Part shown: piece by piece, positions 14,301 to 26,056 of the stretch
Layout: the number at the start of each line of letters is the position of its first letter
Position numbering within the stretch: position 1 is the first letter of the stretch
Assembly (NCBI GenBank): GCA_024704765.1
Contig: JAKMXF010000323.1
Location: forward strand, 62,001-126,000
From: Oopsacas minuta
Lineage: Eukaryota > Animalia > Porifera
Length of the DNA stretch: 64,000 nucleotides
Direction of reading: 5' to 3'
Position numbers and translations under genes: made by a program
The notes under the pieces: generated by a model
The model's input: only the letters and a program-made list of their open reading frames with translations
What the model was told of the DNA's origin: nothing
Database searches by the model: none

Positions 14301-14500
14301 TCCAAAGCATGATTGCTAATGTATTAATGAAAGGTACTCCTAGTAGCTTAACATATGAAGCTGTCAATCCTAATTTATTCATTTGAAGTCAGTTAATCAT
14401 TGTGTTCTTGAGATCCAACTTTTTGTTAGGTACTATAATCTTGAATTCTTCAGGAACAGTAAACATCTCTCGCGGCCCCTTTATCAACTAAGTGAACCCG
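11400..14500 (-). mobile_element. Decayed Zator-like DDE transposase; boundaries approximate
   Basis: Broken frames give DDKYNVKVGEPDYPVAAVERG, VGDHDFTK, YTD*xPDHR (degenerate DGGPDH), RTPSHNSWKNPPEKIMS and a C-terminal CGECLKWR...FSCGS Cys cluster, plus ORF 13215-13715. The DGGPD...NPxE layout recalls Zator/TP36 enzymes; superfamily assignment is tentative and TIRs were not found. Confidence 0.55.
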
Positions 14501-15062
14501 TCTGTTCTGCTTCTAACTGTTTCTGTATTATCATAAACGTGCTGTGATAGTATGAACTCAACATATCGACCTAGGACACTCACTACTTCGGATATAGTAC
14601 ACTGGGAGTTCACACGGGTAAGTTCGGTTTAGTCTTACCCACAAATGATACAACTGAACCGCTTAGATATACGTCAGAGATTGGTGCACCACCATCAATA
14701 TTTCATCTACTCACTCATTGTAAATATCAGATAGCGTACAGGAATCGTTTACCACACAACCATACCACTGTTTCACAACTTTCGCACCACTACAAATCTG
14801 AACAATAATAAAAACCATCCAGGAATTGTACTAATATGTAGCTATGAAATTTAGAAGAGTAAAATTGAAAAAACTGGAACTCAAGTATGGTAGGTGAGAT
14901 AGCTTGTAATTATACGCAGAAAAGACAATCAGTAAAATAGGCAGTGCTTAAGCAAATTGATTAAGAAGTACTAACGTTTTGTTATGTTATGCTTATTGTG
15001 ACTATACTACAACAATCAATATTATTCAAAGGCGATTAATATATAATTCTATATAATAATAA

Positions 15063-16785
15063 CACTGTCCAACAAATTTTTAGCATTTTTTGCTTCTGGA
15101 ATACACTGTAGTGTTTCTCTTGTATTCAAGCACCCTGATTCCAAATATCCAATCAGTTTTTCTCTATCAGGTAACGATTTTGAATAATTCAATATTTTGG
15201 TTTTATCATTGTCCCAGTGTATTCCTATAAATATATCTCTTTAGCTTGGCTAATCAAATGCATACTTATGATTTAATTTCAATGAAAATTGTCAATTGGT
15301 TTAGCATTTATTATACTAATTTAGAAATGCTTGGAATATGATTTTCTTTTGTATGTGGCATCAGGAATATCTCTTTTTAGTGACCAACAATAATCAACCA
15401 TCATGTTTGGAGAGAATTTTCCATTGTAACGACTTTCCATTGTGCTTATATCTTGATGAAATCTTTCACCATGTTCATCACTCACAGCACCTAGATTTTC
15501 CGGAAAGAATTGCAAATGTGAGTGAAGAAAGTGTATTTTTAGAGACATATTACATCCCATTGTTCTGAATGCATCAAGCAGTGTCACAACAATTTCTTCA
15601 TAAATTGGTGATTTCTTAGTTCCTAAAAAGTTCTCATTTAAAGATTTGAATGAATTCCATGCTGCTTTCTCGACAGAATTTTTGACATGCTTCGAAGTTT
15701 AGATCCTTGAATAGTTCTCTAATTTGGGGACCCATAAATATCCCTTCCTTGATTTTAGTATTGCTGACCTTTGGAAATTTGTCCTTGAGGTATTTGTAAC
15801 TTTCTCCTTCTTCATTGTATTTTACTATCGCCTCTACAAAGTTTTCATCAAACCCAGTTTTATGTGTAGAGGTGGTAATAGAATTTTCTCAGGATTTACT
15901 AAGAACTGACAACTTACACTCTTTGTACCAGCAGTTAATTGATGTCGTAGTGGCCACTCCTTAACTATACAGTGGGATTGCCTTGCTCTACCATCCCACT
16001 CACAGAGGAAGCAACAATATTTCGTGTATCCAGGTTGCATACTCAACAAAAGTCCAATTACCTTCAGATCACCACAGATGTGCCAATTGTAAGAGTCATA
16101 TCTGATCAGTTTCAATAAGATATCCATATTCTCATGAGACTCCTTCATGATAACATATATTCTTTTTGGTCTTAGAAGTGATTCCCTTTATATCAGTCAA
16201 ACAGAAATAACAATCAGTATAATGATCTCTTGGTTCCCTCCATATCATGGGAATAGCAAATTAGATTGAAGTACGTGAGCCATTTACTAAGTCCTATTGC
16301 ACATTTTTGAGCAACAAAAATGAGGTGCCCAAGGCTTATCTTGATTACCAATCTTGCAACCGAAATATTGCTCATATCCTTTGTGTACAAGGGGAGACAT
16401 GTCTCTCCGCTGAAATTTTGTAGTAAATTCTCCACAAATATAACAGAAAGAATCGGTTGGGTTTGAACATCGACGAGACATTATTGAAAAGAAATAAATA
16501 CAAAATACAATCACATAATCTCCTCTTGAAAGAGCAAGTAATATTCTATATATTTTAAGAAAATTTGAATTGTTAGACAATATATGCGGAAGGTATTAAT
16601 ACATATACAATTATACATTCTATAGAGATCTATGGAAAAATGATTTTGAAAATTTCTGAATTTTACAAAATCTCTGCCTGATAGAGAAAAACTGATTGGA
16701 TATTTGGAATCAGGGTACTTGAATACATAAGAAACATTACCGTGTATTCCAGAAGCAAAAAATGATGAAAATTTGTTGGACAGTA
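15063..16785 (-). mobile_element. Chapaev3-like DNA transposon, internally deleted
   Basis: About 130-bp TIRs starting (C/T)ACTGTCCAACAAATTT with a 3-bp TAA TSD (15060-62, 16786-88). Broken CDS 16481->15321: FCYICGEF, GNQDKPWAPH, ICGDLKVI, LPPLHIKLGLMK, MSLKIHFLHSH, AVSDEHGERFHQDI. Confidence 0.85.
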
Positions 16786-16809
16786 TAATCATAAAAAATA
16801 ATAATAACA

Positions 16810-17572
16810 AAAATTTAGTACAGACCCCTATAGGATTGGAAACATTAGATACCAGTTAAATGTTGGAACAATTGACTTTCGAATTTCACGCACGTTTTCC
16901 CAAGTTGCAAACGAGGCCTTATCATTGGAGATAATATTTAAGATCTATCCATTTCCTTTCCCCAGCTTAAGTTGATATGCTAAAAATGTTGATTTTTCTG
17001 GTGAAACTATGTTACTGAGGGTTGGCATCGATTCTTCGTTATAGATTTTCCAAGCGATATTTGCGATGCCTTTAAAACCAATTAGTTCTACAGCTACAAT
17101 ATTCAAGTGGATAACACCGTAGCGAATAACAGAAATATTCTCAAGTTGTGCTAACTGACGGATGGCAGTAAGTATCCCAGTCTGATCGAACCTGATCTTT
17201 TTAGAATGAACTTGAATGTCATCAATCGATTTATTCCTCTCCACATTTGGAACCAATATATCACCGGTTTCTACATCACAGTATAAAACAGCAAGAAATG
17301 ATTGGGTGCTCTTAGGTTTAACAAAGGATCCATGGAATACTCGCACTCCACCACTCACCATCTAAGCTCTCAATAGATTTCTTACTCTTTCTGACATTAG
17401 ATGATACTTTAGACATTAGAGAATATACAGAATGTCTCTTTCCTTCTTCGAGATTTAGTAAACGCACCACTTGATCTGCTGCTTGATTGACATCATAGTC
17501 ATGAGCCTTCAATATGATAGCCAAGTAAAGACGTGTTTTCTGGCTTTCAGATAATATTTTGGCTTCAGCCAT
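16810..17572 (-). pseudogene. RAG1-like transposase N-terminal fragment (frameshifted)
   Basis: KSIDDIQVHSKKIRF aligns to KSLADLTTKGLRNRL; EKSTFLAYQLKLGKG aligns to DKSAFLFDSLEIGKT and AKSTFLLGQLEIGK; NVSNPIGV aligns to NVSDAPMGV. No catalytic core present. Confidence 0.65.
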
Positions 17573-17773
17573 CTATAAATTGATAAGCAGAGAGTTAATG
17601 AACTTGTATTCTCCCTGCGTAATATACAGTATATATAAGTAATTATCACGTTATATTAGTGTAAAATGACTCTGTAATTTTAATACATTGTACTATAGCA
17701 GCGTAGATGTGAGAATGGATATTGACAAAATTGATTAGATTGCGGAATGAAACACACTTGTACTTTTAATATA

Positions 17774-19102
17774 CATTATGTCCGATAATTATTTAAAATA
17801 GCCAATAATTTATACTCCTAGTCATTTCTGCAATATTTATTCAAGAGATAGAGGTAGAATTATTACTATCTATTAGTAGGGGGGTTTACTTCAACAATTT
17901 AACATTGGGTGTGTACAAAATTAATCTTTGGGAGAAAATAGTATCGCAAGACGTTAAGATGATGGAGCATTTTTAAAAATTTTTATTTCATTGACATTAT
18001 TCATACATTAAATAGCTATTTATCTTCCCAATATGTCAAGAATCAAATAGGAAACTAAGTCAAATACTCTTAGTAAGAAACAAACACTCTCCGAAGGAAA
18101 TCAGCTCTATCGTAGGTGTGTTGTTGCAACCGTTTGCAACTTTATTTCTCGTCTAAAGACTGAAGCATCTCTTCTTCACAAGAGCGGAGCAGGTAGACCT
18201 GGGACACTTGTCGTCAAATAATGAAATATGTTGCTAAGACCATTAACATAAATCCTGCGATTTCAATTCACAATTTAACAGCTAAGTGTCCAGTTCAAGG
18301 AGGAAGAGATACCATGAGTCGTTGCTTGAAAAAACTTGATTATCCCAAGCCTTATCCGACGCCTGCTCCCCTGTTATCAGAAAAGAATCGGCTCTATAGA
18401 ATTTAATGGGCAAGGAATAACATTGATAACCAATGGCAGCATGTATTTTCGCTGATGAGGTCTCAATTTGGTTGTGTCGAGGGCGAAACCGGATGTGAAC
18501 CAAAAGAGCATGGTGAGGACTCAACCCATAGTCAAACATACTCATAAAATTCATATATGGGCAGCTTTCCCCTCTATGGGGACGTTCCCATTGTGTATCT
18601 TCACACATATGCTGAATGCAGAATTGTTTGTAAAGATATTGGAAGTTCATTTGCTTGCCCAAGCTGATGTATTCCACAAAGATGATTGGTTCTTAGTTCG
18701 TGACAATGATCCCAAGCATACAACAAAATTGACCGAAGTTTGGATGGAGAAAAATATGCCCAATAAGAAGATGAATTGGCCTAGACAAAGTCTAGACATT
18801 AACCCCATAGAAACTTGTTTGCTTGGGTCAAACAAATGCTGTTAAAAAAGGGTCCTAAGAATATTACACAGCTGAAGAAGGAGTTGACCGACTTGTGGGA
18901 AAATATCAATGGAGATTTTCTAGAAAATTAATCGAGATCAATGCCAAAGAGGTGTGTTTTAGTAATAGATAATGACGGACGCAAAATAAATGTTAATTTC
19001 CGAATATTCTACATTATTTACCTACCAAGATTAGTTCTATCGCTGTCTTATTTCGCCAGGAACTATAATTTTAAAAATTGGAAATAACTATCGGGCAGAC
19101 TG
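17774..19102 (+). mobile_element. Tc1 (DD34E) element, decayed
   Basis: TA-flanked TIRs (cattatgtccgataattattt vs cagtctgcccgatagttattt, 1329 bp overall). Motifs FADE, IHIWAAF, DNDPKH, WPRQSLDINPIE. Confidence 0.85.
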
Positions 19103-19965
19103 TAATGTGCATATTACTTGACAAGAATATATACAAAGTTCAGAGTGGAAACTAGGGAAAACAAATTTTGCTGCCCAACAGGATGTCTTATGGCCGAGAG
19201 AAATTTCTACGAACTTTTCGCAGTATTGCATCCGTGATATTTGATTAACCTTTTCGTTCCTGAAGAAAATGAACGGCATATTCAATTTTAGCGCACTCAC
19301 TTTGCTTGGAAAGCATGTAAATGAACAATAATATGCATCACAAATTCAACAGATTACTGAAGCAGCTTCTGTCATTTATATAATGGATGCATAAACACAG
19401 AATACAGCAATGAAGTTCTACATTTGGTTGACCACAAAATAGAAACACTTAAATCCTTCATTTGATACTTTACATATTGCTCATTGAATTTATCTAGGAT
19501 CTAATTCATAATTCAAAATGGTATAAATTGAAGATAGGAATTTGGGCTAAATGCACCCTAGCAGCCCCACTGTGCGAGTATAACATTTATTTATGTTCAT
19601 CCCCGCATATTAATTTTATAGGGATAATAATATGTCAAATGATTAGTGCAGTCGGTGAGAATTAGGGTAGGTTGTTGGCCATCACTTTCAAACTTCTTCT
19701 GTCCTACCTCCAGAGCCTCAACGAGAACTTCAACCAATTCGTCCTACTAAAAATCATGGTATCATTGTGGAATTGATCTCATATGCAATTTGTCTAGTAC
19801 AGTACTTGGATTTGAACACATTATATAATCGTTGGCTACTTGAGTAAATTTGTAATAGCGAGAACATACTACAATATGACCGGAGAACAGAATTCTCAAG
19901 CAAGGGAACTATGATTTTTCTAAATAAAGATTTTGGCAATAATACTCAAAATTAGAAATTGCAAA

Positions 19966-21172
19966 TAGAGCTGTACCGATTAGAGATTTTCTACTCCATC
20001 CGGATATCCTGCTAGAATTGCACTAGAGAATATTTAAGATGAAGGTGTAAAATTAGATTATTTATGAGCGATTGGGCATCATCACTGCTATGCTTCTGAA
20101 AGAGTAGATAATTAAGTACACTACACATTGATATGTATGCACTTGTGAATATTTAAGTGACATCATATTTCGGAAATCACATGTGTTATAATATATTTCT
20201 TCATCTTGCAAAAAGAGGAGCAATTGATATTGCAATCCTTATTAAAATATATTATAATAATTTTGTATTTTTTACAGTAGATTTGAAACGTTTTATAGGT
20301 AGGCATTGATTCGTTTCAACAATACTGGGATTATAGTAGAGCGACCAAATTATTTAGCAAAACATGTTTGAAACATTCTCCTTGGAAAATTTGTCCGACC
20401 TCACAACCTAAAGCAGATATTGATAACGCTCAAAGTGATTATGTTGCTACCTAAGTGAAAAATACATGGATATGTAACTTTCTGGTATAAAAAGAATGTG
20501 AAATCCTTTCATTATCCAATTGAGCAAACTTGGTAATCTGAGTAGAATCGAGAATAAAAATCGCTAAAAGAATTACCAAAACTCTATATGAAAAGCGTCA
20601 CCATCTGAAAAACTATGAAATTCGCAATCTAGGTGTATTATTATTGTTGAAATTATCGAAAATATATTTGAATCCTTTATGAAACAAAACAAGAAGATTT
20701 GATAATATACAACAGTTTTATTCGTTTTCCTAATAGAGGACATCAATTTCTTAACACCCTGTATTTCCATATTCCATATGAGCGAAATTTGGTCGTTCTT
20801 TCAATCTCTAAACAAGACACTTCGAGAACACTGTGCAGTAAGTGTGATGTCAATATTTCAAGTGGGAAGAATAATAAAACATATAGTACATCCCCATTGT
20901 GGAATCATTTGAAAAGTTCACATCCAGAATTAGTTAAACGCCCTACAAATCAAATGCCTTCCCACATGTCGATTTCATTCAAAAGAACCCTCATTTTTTA
21001 ATTACAAATATTAGTTGTGTGCTCTAGTGCTCTTATTACTCATATTCCGTTATCGTAAATTACTTATAAATATCCGCCGGAAATTCGTTCATATCCGATC
21101 CGATCCGGATATACGGAAATGGCCGGATATTGCCGAATACCTGATCAGAACCGGACTTCAAGTACAGCTCTA
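19966..21172 (+). mobile_element. Non-autonomous hAT element retaining a BED zinc-finger fragment
   Basis: TIRs TAGAGCTGTAC...GTACAGCTCTA; perfect 8-bp TSD ATTGCAAA (19958-65, 21173-80); CSKCDVNIS...TSPLWNHLKSSH at about 20830-20930. Confidence 0.9.
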
Positions 21173-21949
21173 ATTGCAAATACATAGGGTAATTAAAACT
21201 GATGCACAATGCAACGTAATTGCATATACGTAACATGTTGCATTGTCAATTCTCAACGTATTGCTCTAATATATAAGCTAGAAGGTAAAATATGCGTTTT
21301 GATGGCGATGTTAAATAATTTAAGAAACTGTAGGGAAAATTAGAGTATACGTAATTTACATTTTCTACAAGTACATAAGGATTTACAATTGATGGTGTTG
21401 TTTTCGGATGGAGAATATAATTCGTTGATCTATTGTTGTTACAAGACTAAATAGAATGCCTGCACAGATCACTATTGTTCTAACATAATTTCAAATAGGA
21501 ATTTCAGAAATTTCACCAAGAAGATAAAGTTCTGTACCAGTAGAATCCACAGTATATCACCCAGTAAGTGTGCAATAATATCGCATACGTTTAATAATCC
21601 TCGTTATACTTAGATAGCTCGAATCAATTTAGCATGAAGTACCAAAGGAAAAATTAACAAGATGCAATCTGACGGCACAAGGAATGGAAAGACAAATTAC
21701 AAACAGCAGTACTAGCAGCAAAGACCCAAAAAATAGATATCTCCATAAGCTACACACACTTTTATCTGATGTTTGAGAGATACTTTGAGTCAACTAAACT
21801 TCTCAATCTTATCACTTCTCCAACTAGCCCGGATAAAAGACAAAACATATCTCAGAGGTAGAATTAAAGATGAAATGATTCAGATGAATGCAAATGAATC
21901 ACGTCCATATGGCTTTCGTTTAATTTGTAACGAATAGATCGAAAATATT

Positions 21950-24700
21950 TGTTCAATATGTAAAGCTGATTATTGAAAACATCAAGGATGGTCAGAGGTT
22001 CTAAAGAAAACATATGACAACAAAGTTTAACTCAACAGGGAAACAATCCAGCAAATTCTTGTTGTGATGCAACATGGGGAATCCACACGTATTGTTTATA
22101 AAAAATTGATTTTTATGTAGAGTTATGATGATGTTTTCGATCCACTTGTTTAACTTGATATAGCCCGTAACAGTTTCTGTATTAATGACATCAATTAAGA
22201 ATGCTCGCATCGTCCAGCGAGAAGCATTTTACAGAACTTCTTTAGGATCTAGAAAATGCAATAATATTATAGAACCATTCACTTATTAAGTCGGTGCGGA
22301 GGCAAGCTAGTTGGTGTGATGGAATTGTGCAATAAAGTTGGATATATAGCAGCTGAGTCTGCTTTACTGAGTCCGCACTTAGCAATGCGTGTGAATTTTC
22401 GTTAGTTCATAAGATAATTGCTGATGTAATAAGTTGCTTCGTTTTAGATGACATCATAATAAATAAAGTACGTAATCACAATCATTAGATTTTTCCTCCA
22501 TAAAAATTAGCAAAATCATCAATAGTTTCACTGCGTACTACACATTCAGCATCTAGGTGAATCATGATGGATTCATTCTCAGGTTCAGAGTATTCTACTA
22601 CTCGGAGTATGAAGCTTGAAAATTGTTACTTCGAGTGAGTCCTCCTGGTCTAAAAGTCTGTAGCTGAATGTTTATAGTCAACACCGTGATGGTGATCTAT
22701 TGATACAAACAGTTAGCAGAGATACCAGATGTGCTCTGGTACTATAACGAATTACAACGAGAATCTGCCACAACTTTCCCTGCTATCAAGCTGGTATTCA
22801 ATATCTAACAACACACTGTTCAAGATATGGCTATCAATTTCAGTGGTAAGAGAAATATGTCTAGCTCCTAAATGAAATTCGTCAACCAAAGACGCCCAAT
22901 GTTTATCTCAAAAACCAATGGGTCAGCTGGCTCGTTAAACAGAAGTGCTGTGCTAAAGAGTTGACGTAATTCTAATGCCATTGAACATAAAGCAGCTTCT
23001 GTCAAACAATCGTCACACTCTTGGTCCTCTTCTAAATCAGTGGTTCTCAACCTGGGGTCCGCGGCCCTCAAAATGTTTCGTTAAGTTTATTGCAGGGATC
23101 CGCGGCCCCCATAAAATGGACTAAAGAGGTCCGTGGGAGAAAAAAGATTGAGAACAAATATTATAATGCACCTCGTGTGTCTGCTGCTTCTTCATAGGTA
23201 ATGCAAATAGTACCATCAGGGAGTGTTTATATATCCTTATAACTGCGATATCCAGTTACATGGTGTAGGAGTATTCTCAGGTAGAAAAATTCCCCTTAAC
23301 AAGGAGGCGCTAATTATACTCGACCAATTATGGCACCATGTAACTTGGGTCTTTTCTTTCCACTCATATGCGGACGCCTCCCACACAAACACATCAAGAA
23401 ATTGTGTGTAAGTAATATTTCTGGCACTAGGGATCTTGTAATTGGCTTTGAACCAGCCTATAAGTGTAAAGTGTTTCTGTTCGTCAAGGACAGTTTCCAG
23501 GTTAGAACTTTCCCTAAACACCACGGATTGAATTCCTTGCAAATGGAGTGCCAATCTCCTTACGTGTGAATGGAGTTCATAGCCAAATAGACACTAGCAA
23601 GCATCGGTAGCATAAACAATCTAGCTTCTAGGTAATCGGAAATCTCATTCCACTTCCTTCTTACTACTTGAGGTACTTGTTCTGATGAAATTTACAATGG
23701 AACTATCGTGACCTTGATATGAGTGTTTGTGAAGATAGTTTACTGGATTAACTGTAAGACAGAATTAAACATTATTATAAGTACTGTACTTTGGAAGAAA
23801 GGTTGGATTGTATGGAACAACACATCGTTTGTCTAGTTCAAACCGTCATACATTAACTCCACGATTGTTAATTCTACATTTGTAAACTGGTTAGCTATAA
23901 TTACCTGTAGTAGTAATTCAGCAAATGCCATAGGAAACTGTTTACTATATTTTGCATCTTGTATGCCTCTCTAGTAAGTACTTACACTCATATCATCAAT
24001 AAATTCACGAATTTTATTACGAAATGTGTGACTATCAAATCGGGACGACTGACGGTTTAATATTTATCATAAGGGCACATGTCATCTCTTCGCAATCTGG
24101 ATTACACGTAAATGTAATGAAATAATATGGCTTACAATATTGACTGAGATGGATATGCAGTCTTGATCAAATTCAAACATCTGTTCAGGACTACCTTCTG
24201 GAGAAGGAAGGCAATATCAATTTTCTACCAAATTCTCTAGGATAAATTGCCCCAGCAGAGATTGCATCGCTAAGTCCGCTTTATAGGTCTACTTTGAGCT
24301 TATTTTGATTAACTTTCGAAAAATTGAGGCTCACATGCTGTACTTTTGCAAACATAAAAACCAAGTATTTATAGTAGAGCTTACCACAGAGGTGTAGATA
24401 GAACACTTCACCTCTAACCATAATACAATATGAGTAGAACTCCTTGAGAGCTACATATCTTTCTCTTCGGCCTTGAGGGATTTTCAAGTGCCCCCCATTA
24501 TCTCATGGAGGGAACAAAAGAACACAATGTAAAGAATCATAAGAACAGATACACTCTGTGATATGTTGCAAAATCCTGCACGTGCAAGTAGCACTAAGTC
24601 TCTTGAACATCTTCTTCTGTATTCCTGTCTCCAGGCATTATCACAGCAATCACAAGAAAAGTAGGGGCATTGTATCATCTGGGATCTGGACCACCGTAAG
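21950..24700 (-). mobile_element. Decayed Helitron (Rep and helicase remnants); boundaries approximate
   Basis: EFYSYCIMVRG...CGKLYYKYLVFMFAK...NQNKLKVDL (Helitron N-terminal Rep region), EYFYLRILLLH, DDCLTEAA...ELRQLF...EPADP, TSLPPHRL. Confidence 0.8.
23038..23160. mobile_element. Small hAT-type MITE inserted in the Helitron
   Basis: Left TIR CAGTGGTTCTCAACC; right end degenerate (gattgagaacaaata). Removal rejoins the Helitron RGxLEEDQE frame. TSD degenerate. Confidence 0.6.
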
Positions 24701-24722
24701 CTCTAATAACAATCCACAAATA

Positions 24723-26056
24723 CAACGGGGCATTCAAATGTTCTCGACCTTGGTCGCAGTATTTTAAGATATAAGATATTATATTACGTATCTGTATTCA
24801 TAACGAAACTTATTCTATTATTTATTCAGGACTACTTTAACTTTCACCATATCGTCAATAGTATCCTAGCAACGATAATTTCAAATTTCACAGTTTTTGA
24901 CTATCTTTGGATTATTCAGTATTTATGGCTTCAAATTTGAAATTTGAGCAAAGATCCTATATCAAAATTCGCACGCTTTCTTGGTATTGGTCCGAAGGAT
25001 AGTCTCATTGACTTGGAAGTTGTTTATGGAGATGCTAGTCTTTCAAATACTACTGTGAAGGAGTGGGCCAAGCGGTTTTGTGAAGGACCAGAATTACTGG
25101 AGGATGAGGAACGAATCGAGCGTCCAGATCCGCCATCACTAGCAGTAACACCTCTGCAATTCGCTGGAGAGTGGAAGAAGATCCTCATATCACTGTTGAG
25201 AAGTTAGCTATGAGTATAGGGATCTCAATGGGAGCTTTTTACTCCATATTCATCGATGAGCTGAAAGTTAGCAAAATTTGTTCAAGGTCGATCCCGCATT
25301 CCGTTATAAAGGACCATAAGGACAGTTGGGTAACATGTGCAAGAAAATGCTCTCCAGTATAAAGACTCGGATCCAAGAAGGCTGGCAGAAATCATTACCG
25401 GTGACGAGACTTGAATAAGATACGATGAGCCACTATCCAAAGAAAGGACTAAGGTATGGGTCGGTAAAGGTGAGGCGCCTACCTCTTCATCCCAGGCCGG
25501 ACTTCAGACATCAGAAGGTTCTGTACTCAATTTTCTTTGATACACATGGTCCAGTTTGCCAGATAACAATACCAAAAGGGAAGCCAATATCCGGGGACTT
25601 TTATGCCATCAGTTGCCCCTTAGAAGTAGAAAAACATTAATGGAAGACGAGGCCAAAGTCTGGATCGGGGCATGCGATTATTGCACAATAATGCACGGCC
25701 ACATAAAACTAAGCTCGTAAAGTCAGAGTTGGATAGAATGAGAGTGGTTGAGCTAGATCACCTATTCCACTTACCTGACCTTACTCCTTGAGATCTCTGG
25801 CTCTTGCAAAGTTGAAAAAGGACCTTGCAAGCAGGCATTTTGAGACCAGAATCAACCTAGGGAACGCAATTTGGAGATCCCTAAAAGACACCCCACCCGG
25901 AGACTATAAAAATGTATCCTTCAAGTGGCTAGATCATCTACAACGAGTCATATAAGTTTATGGTGATTATTTCGAGAAAATATAAGAATGTACATGTATA
26001 TTCTGTATAGTTACAAAATTATGTAGTAGTGTCGGGAACTTTTTGAACGCCCGTTG
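24723..26056 (+). mobile_element. Full-length decayed mariner element
   Basis: TA-flanked TIRs caacggggcattcaaa / caacgggcgttcaaaa; 1334 bp; TGDET, HNNARPH and HLPDLTP motifs in broken frames. Confidence 0.9.

Larger units (their letters stand above)
16810..19574 (-). mobile_element. 5' half of a third, divergent RAG1-like/Transib-superfamily transposon (3'-truncated, Tc1 inserted in its leader)
   Basis: CACTGTG at 19568-19574 (CACAGTG on minus) lies about 670 bp upstream of ATG 17572 once the Tc1 is removed, similar to the 576-879 bp leaders of the two complete elements. The CDS remnant aligns to their N-terminal core. Confidence 0.6.
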
